In this document: piece after piece, positions 23,791 through 28,420 of the stretch
How positions within the stretch are numbered: position 1 is the stretch's first letter
Layout: each line of letters begins with the position of its first letter
From: a phage
Assembly (NCBI GenBank): GCA_014816205.1
Contig: GCA_014816205.1_4096.1
Reading direction: 5' to 3' (one strand)
DNA: 28,420 bases
Translations under genes and position numbers: made by a program
The notes under the pieces: generated by a model
The model's input: the letters and a program-made list of their open reading frames with translations, nothing else
What the model was told of the DNA's origin: nothing
Databases searched by the model: none

Positions 23791-23880
23791 CGTTTTAATC
23801 TCTCTTAATGTGTAGCGGGAAGTGTTCCCGCTCTCGATGTAAAACATTATACGCTTTTAAACATAGTTTGCAAGTACTTT
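23791..23880 (-). promoter_or_regulatory. PeSL-like promoter/hairpin cassette
   Basis: gcgggaagtgttcccgc hairpin; RC of TATAAT and TTGCAA. Confidence 0.5.
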
Positions 23881-24128
23881 CTACATGTACTTTTAAAATA
23901 GTTTTCTTTCTATATAGGAGTACTATTATTCAGTACTACCAACAACCAGGGGAACTATCTTTCAGTACTGAATCAACCAAATCACTACTACACCCCATAA
24001 AACGGCCTCAGACGCATTCTAACGCATTAATACACCTAAGCTATACATTTGCACCGCCACCAGCTAACCAGGGCTTTACAGACCGTTTAAACGCGTTAAA
24101 TTATTTTCAATTATTTTGTTTTTAGCTA

Positions 24129-24156
24129 TTGACTCAGTACTAAAAAAGCGTATAAT
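24129..24156 (+). promoter_or_regulatory. plus-strand sigma70-like promoter
   Basis: ttgact 24129-24134, 16-bp spacer, tataat 24151-24156. Confidence 0.45.
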
Positions 24157-24343
24157 TACTACATAGACGCGAGAAAGCGGATACCCCAGGGGGTGCCGAG
24201 ATCCGTCCAAAATTCATAAAATTTAAAAAGAATACACTCCCGCACCCTAGCAGGTCAACGCACTTTCTCAGTACTGAATTATAGTACCATAGTACGGCCC
24301 AGGATAGCAAGCAAATTAATTAAAACTTTTTTCATCCAGGGTA

Positions 24344-24371
24344 TTGCTTTATTTTTCCAGTACTGTATAAT
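24344..24371 (+). promoter_or_regulatory. plus-strand sigma70-like promoter (extended -10)
   Basis: ttgctt 24344-24349, 16-bp spacer, tgtataat ending 24371. Confidence 0.45.
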
Positions 24372-24468
24372 AGTTCCATCAAGTCGAGAAAGACTCCAGC
24401 CCACCGGGTGCATAGTTACGCCCAAAATTCAGTACTGAAAAAATTTTTAAAAATATCCGTCCAGGCCG

Positions 24469-24497
24469 TTGACATTGCCCCCAGTTTATAAGATAAT
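24469..24497 (+). promoter_or_regulatory. plus-strand sigma70-like promoter
   Basis: ttgaca 24469-24474, 17-bp spacer, gataat 24492-24497; points into the repeat array. Confidence 0.4.
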
Positions 24498-24594
24498 GAT
24501 TCCAGATTCAGAAAAATCTAACTCCAGATACTGCGGGGAAACTATCCCCACGCGGTAGGGGAACTATTGGAAAAAACAAAATAAAATTTTGATT

Positions 24595-24697
24595 TAGCCG
24601 TCTATACTTCCAGACGTGTAACCATCTAGCCGTTTAGCCGTCCAAACGTCTAGCCATCCAGAAATCTAGCCGTTTAGCCGTCTAGATGGATAGCCAT
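24595..24697. repeat. iteron-like array of 7 TAGCC(G/A)T units
   Basis: TAGCC at 24595, 24627, 24635, 24651, 24667, 24675, 24691; spacings all multiples of 8 bp. Confidence 0.55.
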
Positions 24698-24896
24698 CTT
24701 TACTTCCAGACTTCTGGAGGGCTAGACATATCTACGTCCAAAATCCATCCAGGGTAACTACGCCCAAAATCCGTCAGTACTATACCATAGATCTATCTTT
24801 TGAAAGGGAGTATTCAGTACTGCCATCATAGCCCTCACTATGTTACCCTAGGAGGATGAAGACTATCATGTAGTACTGAATACTGTTAGAGGGAAC

Positions 24897-24916
24897 CCAC
24901 CAGCACAAGCTGGTGG
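24897..24916. other. hairpin whose two arms are the Chi octamer and its complement
   Basis: ccaccagc acaa gctggtgg, a perfect 8-bp stem. Confidence 0.6.
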
Positions 24917-25100
24917 CATAATGATTTAGATTAAAATCAGTACTGACACCATTCTGTTAATATCAGTACTGTTATTACGATTTTCATATGAGGTTCAAAA
25001 AGATGTACCACCACAGGAGGAACTATCTTTTCTGTACTGTCTCACGACAGGAGGTAGAGTAAATGAATTGTTCGCAGCAACTCATCACCCTATGTAGAAC

Positions 25101-25128
25101 ATTATACAGTACTGAATCATAATGTCAA
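25101..25128 (-). promoter_or_regulatory. minus-strand sigma70-like promoter facing the repeat array
   Basis: RC of tgtcaa 25123-25128 and attata 25101-25106 with 16-bp spacer; no gene downstream for over 1 kb. Confidence 0.45.
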
Positions 25129-25746
25129 TAGCTTTCTTTCATTATTCAGTACTGATATTCTTGAGAACTACCCGACTACAAACATCATTATATCCCACAA
25201 ATCATAAACGTCCCAACGTAAATTTCAACTTTCGAAGATCCAACTTTTATTTCATAGGTACTCCAAAATTTTTAGGATCGAGATTTAGGATGGAGTACTA
25301 ACCAACTTTTTGCTGGAGCCTCAAGGGGTAATGGAATTTTACCCCGAAGGGTAAAGGGGTAATTGAAATTAAGGTGAAAGTAATAATTCAGTACTAATCA
25401 TTGCGTGATTACTTTTGATTACATTTGATGTAATTTGCAAAATGGAAAAGGAGCTTGGAAACTACAAAGTACGGCAGACTTCCTCTGCCTACTTAGTGAC
25501 ATATCAGTACTGCTACGTTCTTGATTAAACGTGAACATTCCTGTACTCTAGTACTCACCACTGATCACTACAGTGATTATAAATGATTACTTAAATGTTT
25601 ATATATGATTACTTATGACTACCTATGATTACGGGGTTTAGCCTGGGGAGAATCCTAGTGATCGCATTTGTCCAGGCTGAATTTTAACAATTCGCCTGTA
25701 CATAAAGGTTGTTCACTAGGAGCTTCCCCTGTCTACTTGTGTTTAA

Positions 25747-25938
25747 TTACTTCCTATATATAAGCATTAAGATATAGTAGTACTGATTATACTGTACATT
25801 CTCTTTAATATTATAAGGGTCTATAGCAATCTCGGTACATCTGTTAAATGCATATCTATTAAATGCCAGTGGAATTATAGATCTAATCCATACTTGTTCA
25901 TTTTCTTTTAGTTTACTTATATAGAAGTTTTTATACAT
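25747..25938 (-). CDS. small protein, tandem paralog family 2
   Basis: ORF track; N-terminus MYKNFYISKL, C-terminus LMLIYRK. Confidence 0.5.
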   Translation of the reverse strand: MYKNFYISKLKENEQVWIRSIIPLAFNRYAFNRCTEIAIDPYNIKENVQYNQYYYILMLIYRK

Positions 25939-25953
25939 AGTATTCTCTATTAA

Positions 25954-26136
25954 TTAATATGATAGTACTAGTGTTAGTACTGAGCACAATTTTTCTTTAT
26001 AGTTCTTAGGGTATATAGAATCTTTTATGCACTCATTGAAGTGCCATAGGTATAATCTTGGGTCGCATTCTTTATATATTCTTACGGGGACGAATGTTAG
26101 TTTTCGTATATAGAATTCTTTATGTTCTTTATTCAT
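25954..26136 (-). CDS. small protein, paralog family 2 (divergent)
   Basis: ORF track; KEFYIRKL near N-terminus. Confidence 0.45.
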   Translation of the reverse strand: MNKEHKEFYIRKLTFVPVRIYKECDPRLYLWHFNECIKDSIYPKNYKEKLCSVLTLVLSY

Positions 26137-26141
26137 ATTAG

Positions 26142-26327
26142 TTAGTGTCTGTATATAAGTAATAGTAAGAATACGTACTGCACATCTTCATCTTTAGTAT
26201 TGAGTACTGTACGTATTGCGTCATTAAACAAGAATATAGTACTTGGGTCATGAAAATTTAAAGGGGTTCTGGGTACGGCATGTTTGTAGTTCCCGTTAAC
26301 AAATTGTGTGTAGTATTCTCTATGCAT
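26142..26327 (-). CDS. small protein, paralog family 2
   Basis: ORF track; MHREYYTQFV ... LLLLIYRH. Confidence 0.5.
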   Translation of the reverse strand: MHREYYTQFVNGNYKHAVPRTPLNFHDPSTIFLFNDAIRTVLNTKDEDVQYVFLLLLIYRH

Positions 26328-26328
26328 A

Positions 26329-26514
26329 TTAGTACCTATATATTAGGGCGAGAATGTAGTACAATTCATATGGAATGTAATTTGGGGTGATCGCACACTG
26401 TGTATGGTAAATGAATTGTTCGGTATTTTTCTTATCCTTGATATCTATTGGGATTTGTGGTATAAGCATTTGGGAGTTTAGATCGAGATGGCTTAAGTAG
26501 AATTCTTTATGCAT
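26329..26514 (-). CDS. small protein, paralog family 2
   Basis: ORF track; MHKEFYLSHL ... LALIYRY. Confidence 0.5.
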   Translation of the reverse strand: MHKEFYLSHLDLNSQMLIPQIPIDIKDKKNTEQFIYHTQCAITPNYIPYELYYILALIYRY

Positions 26515-26523
26515 ATTGTTCTC

Positions 26524-26712
26524 TTAGAATACGAAAGCTAGGTACAGGGTATGATACAGTACTTGATTATAGTTGTAATAATTTATCACGCATTTAGTGC
26601 ACGTAATGAAGTAGTCTTTTTTGTAGTTTATTTCTATACCGCTAGGTTCATCTTCTAACAGATTACCTTGAAGGTGCGGAGGTAAATCTTTTATGTAGTA
26701 TTCTTTATGCAT
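26524..26712 (-). CDS. small protein, paralog family 2
   Basis: ORF track 26524..26757 trimmed to ATG at 26712 (MHKEYYIKDL); close paralog of 27093 gene. Confidence 0.5.
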   Translation of the reverse strand: MHKEYYIKDLPPHLQGNLLEDEPSGIEINYKKDYFITCTKCVINYYNYNQVLYHTLYLAFVF

Positions 26713-26713
26713 G

Positions 26714-26896
26714 TTAGTACCTGAATATAAGTAGGATAGTGTTATATAGCTGGTCATAACTACTACTATTTTCTATACTTCGTTCTATGCAGTTATTGAA
26801 TCCCAGTACTGCCAAATCGTTATCCATAGGGACTTTATATCTGGCGTAGTGTTCAAAAATGCTGGGGAGAAATTGTGTGTAGTATTCTTTGTGCAT
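26714..26896 (-). CDS. small protein, paralog family 2
   Basis: ORF track; MHKEYYTQFL ... ILLIFRY. Confidence 0.5.
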   Translation of the reverse strand: MHKEYYTQFLPSIFEHYARYKVPMDNDLAVLGFNNCIERSIENSSSYDQLYNTILLIFRY

Positions 26897-26897
26897 A

Positions 26898-27083
26898 TTA
26901 GTACCTATATATTAGTAAAAGGATGTGATACAGTACTCGATTATAGTCGTCAATATATATCGAGGATTTAGTGCACTGAATGAAGTAGTCTTTTTCGTAG
27001 TTTTTTTCTATACCCAATGGTTCTGTTGGTACAAGGTGTTGGAGATACATTGGGAGTTTCTCTATGTAGTATTCTTTGTACAT
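26898..27083 (-). CDS. small protein, paralog family 2
   Basis: ORF track; MYKEYYIEKL ... LLLIYRY. Confidence 0.5.
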   Translation of the reverse strand: MYKEYYIEKLPMYLQHLVPTEPLGIEKNYEKDYFIQCTKSSIYIDDYNRVLYHILLLIYRY

Positions 27084-27092
27084 ATATTATCC

Positions 27093-27293
27093 TTAGTACT
27101 GGAACGCAAGGTACAGGGTGTGGTACAGTTGTACTTGATAATTGTTTTCATTAGCTTCTTCATTAAGTACTTGTTCAGTACATGTACGGAAGTAATCAGC
27201 TTCATATATACAGTCAATACCGCGAGGTTCATCTTCTAATAGATTTCCTTGTAGAAACTTTGGTAGTTCTTTTATGTAGAATTCTTTATACAT
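27093..27293 (-). CDS. small protein, paralog family 2
   Basis: ORF track 27093..27356 trimmed to ATG at 27293 (MYKEFYIKEL). Confidence 0.5.
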   Translation of the reverse strand: MYKEFYIKELPKFLQGNLLEDEPRGIDCIYEADYFRTCTEQVLNEEANENNYQVQLYHTLYLAFQY

Positions 27294-27957
27294 AGTTTGT
27301 AATATACGTAATGAGGTGATGCATTTTCTTATCAGTACTGATAATGTCCTGTACATGTTTTGTCAGATTGTACGCGTTTTTATAGAGTACTGGATTATCG
27401 ATTACAGTACTGTACATGAATAGTTCTTCCTCGGATAATTCTTTGCCTTGTAATTCTTTGAGGAATTGTAGTACTGTATCAGTTTCTTCTGTACGTTGTG
27501 CTTGCCAGAAGTGCATATTCTCGTGTACTTTTTCTGCATCAGTAGAGTATATGCCACCCATTTGGAATTGTGCTGTATTGACATCGTGGGAGGTGTTACA
27601 ATTCCCGAAGAAGTATGTATTCCCGAAGTATAGCATTAAAGTGCACGGGGTATTATCCAACTGCATATTGATGATGAAGGATGCGTTCTTTAGTACCTTT
27701 GTGCTCGTATTAGTACTCAATACTTTTAAATCAGTATTATAGATATTCATATAATGAACAGCTATATTATTTTTCTTCATGTACAATTCAAGGTTCTTTG
27801 ATACGTTAACTCCATTTGTACTGGATTTTTCCTTTTTGTTTCGTTTCTTTAGTACATTCGGGTGATACGTATATGCAGATGTAACTGATTCTGCCTGAAT
27901 ACTATTGAGGTACTTAAAGTGCTTAAGGTATTGTTTGCTGTGTGCATTAAGTTTCAT
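27286..27957 (-). CDS. hypothetical Asn/Lys-rich protein (223 aa)
   Basis: ORF track; longest ORF in the window; embedded in the family-2 array. Confidence 0.5.
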   Translation of the reverse strand: MKLNAHSKQYLKHFKYLNSIQAESVTSAYTYHPNVLKKRNKKEKSSTNGVNVSKNLELYMKKNNIAVHYMNIYNTDLKVLSTNTSTKVLKNASFIINMQLDNTPCTLMLYFGNTYFFGNCNTSHDVNTAQFQMGGIYSTDAEKVHENMHFWQAQRTEETDTVLQFLKELQGKELSEEELFMYSTVIDNPVLYKNAYNLTKHVQDIISTDKKMHHLITYITNYV

Positions 27958-27967
27958 TTGGTTTCCT

Positions 27968-28147
27968 TTATATAGATGCCAGGGCGAGGATTTCCCTGTA
28001 GGGATTATCTTGTGTTAGTACAGCATAAATGCAGTTATTGAGATTAATATTTTTAGTACTTTTTGTTCCTAGTTTGTAGTACTTCACGAAGGTGTCGTAC
28101 ATGAAACGGTCTTTTATGGTTATACGTTCTCTATAGAATTGTTGCAT
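27968..28147 (-). CDS. small protein (59 aa), family-2-like; absent from ORF track
   Basis: Hand translation: MQQFYRERITIKDRFMYDTFVKYYKLGTKSTKNINLNNCIYAVLTQDNPYREILALASI; AAGGA 6 nt upstream. Confidence 0.4.
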   Translation of the reverse strand: MQQFYRERITIKDRFMYDTFVKYYKLGTKSTKNINLNNCIYAVLTQDNPYREILALASI

Positions 28148-28155
28148 AGTATTCC

Positions 28156-28338
28156 TTAAATAGCGATTAGTTTCATTACTTCTCTGTATGTGTACTTTTC
28201 GTTTTGTGCATCTCTTGTGACGACATATAGGAAGGTGTGTTTATCTTTTTTGTTCCCGCAATTGTAGAAAATATTGAACTTATTGAAGTTGAATCTTTCG
28301 GCGTGTTGTAGTTTAGTTAAATAGAATTCTATGTTCAT
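28156..28338 (-). CDS. small protein, family-2-like
   Basis: ORF track; N-terminus MNIEFYLTKL. Confidence 0.45.
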   Translation of the reverse strand: MNIEFYLTKLQHAERFNFNKFNIFYNCGNKKDKHTFLYVVTRDAQNEKYTYREVMKLIAI

Positions 28339-28420
28339 TTTCTTCCTTACATTTCAATAAGTTTCAGTACTGCTCGGTACGTGTACTTAGTTGTCAGTGC
28401 TTCTTTAATAGAAATACAGA

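Noticed and set aside
688-23847. Long N-terminal extensions on many minus-strand ORFs (for example MKINVRLMN..., MTVLKCFSTICTYQHGENKM..., MRGNGSPPNKEREIK...)
   Set aside because: These are translations of the promoter and hairpin cassette, often from TTG or GTG codons shown as M in the track. An internal ATG with a Shine-Dalgarno match was preferred.
5275-23880. CRISPR array (because of the many regularly recurring GC-rich inverted repeats)
   Set aside because: The repeat units are about 85-bp promoter cassettes separated by whole genes, not 28-37-bp repeats with 30-40-bp spacers, and the copies are not identical.
24595-24697. CRISPR-like or minisatellite reading of the TAGCCRT array
   Set aside because: Units are 7-8 bp with 8-bp phasing and no spacer structure; an iteron or binding-site array is the better fit.
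47-27742. Plus-strand ORFs in the six-frame track (for example 6914..7336, 18277..18726, 23808..24125, 26925..27239)
   Set aside because: Each overlaps a better-supported minus-strand gene or is a read-through of a promoter/hairpin cassette; they lack start context and are low-complexity. Treated as antisense artefacts.
1-28420. tRNA genes
   Set aside because: Scanned for T-loop-like GTTCRANYC and D-loop-like TAGCTCAG signatures with flanking acceptor stems; only non-matching fragments were found (for example 25015 aggttcaaaaag). No tRNA is supported, though a covariance-model search would be more sensitive.
1-28420. T4-type late promoters (TATAAATA) and MotA-box middle promoters
   Set aside because: No convincing TATAAATA upstream of any minus-strand gene; every promoter-like site found is sigma70-type. 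This fits an early region and the reported absence of a middle mode in RB49-type phages, but I could not verify phage identity.
28339-28420. Possible partial gene at the right edge of the window
   Set aside because: Only about 80 bp is available with no in-window start or stop to support a call.

Overview
This 28.4-kb window is visibly AT-rich and extremely gene-dense, and essentially every credible gene lies on the minus strand. I call about 85 small genes (mostly 45-140 aa), many joined by overlapping stop/start codons; the plus-strand ORFs in the track look like antisense artefacts. Most intergenic gaps carry a recurring about 85-bp cassette that, read on the minus strand, is a sigma70-type promoter (TTGACA/TTGCAA, 16-17 bp, TGTATAAT) followed by a GC-rich hairpin in the 5' leader and a conserved ribosome-binding region. 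This resembles the promoter-early stem-loop (PeSL) cassettes described for RB49-type T4-like coliphages, so my working interpretation is an early or hyperplastic region of a virulent enterobacterial phage; that is inference, not a database match. Two tandem arrays of diverged small paralogs bracket the window: about 20 genes sharing an LGTNYQ motif at 1-4345, and at least 10 genes of about 60 aa at 25747-28338. Recognisable products are few: a minimal protein-kinase-like protein, a GNAT-like acetyltransferase, a TraR/DksA-like zinc-finger protein and a signal-peptide protein. The most unusual signals are in non-coding DNA: at least ten co-oriented Chi octamers, a 19-nt motif found in both orientations, a 5-copy composite repeat ending in a terminator hairpin, a 3-copy structured leader element, and a 1.9-kb ORF-free region (23.85-25.75 kb) with convergent promoters around an 8-bp-phased short-repeat array. 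No tRNA, rRNA, CRISPR or transposase-like feature was found. Coordinates of motifs and of genes absent from the ORF track were derived by hand and may be off by a few bases.
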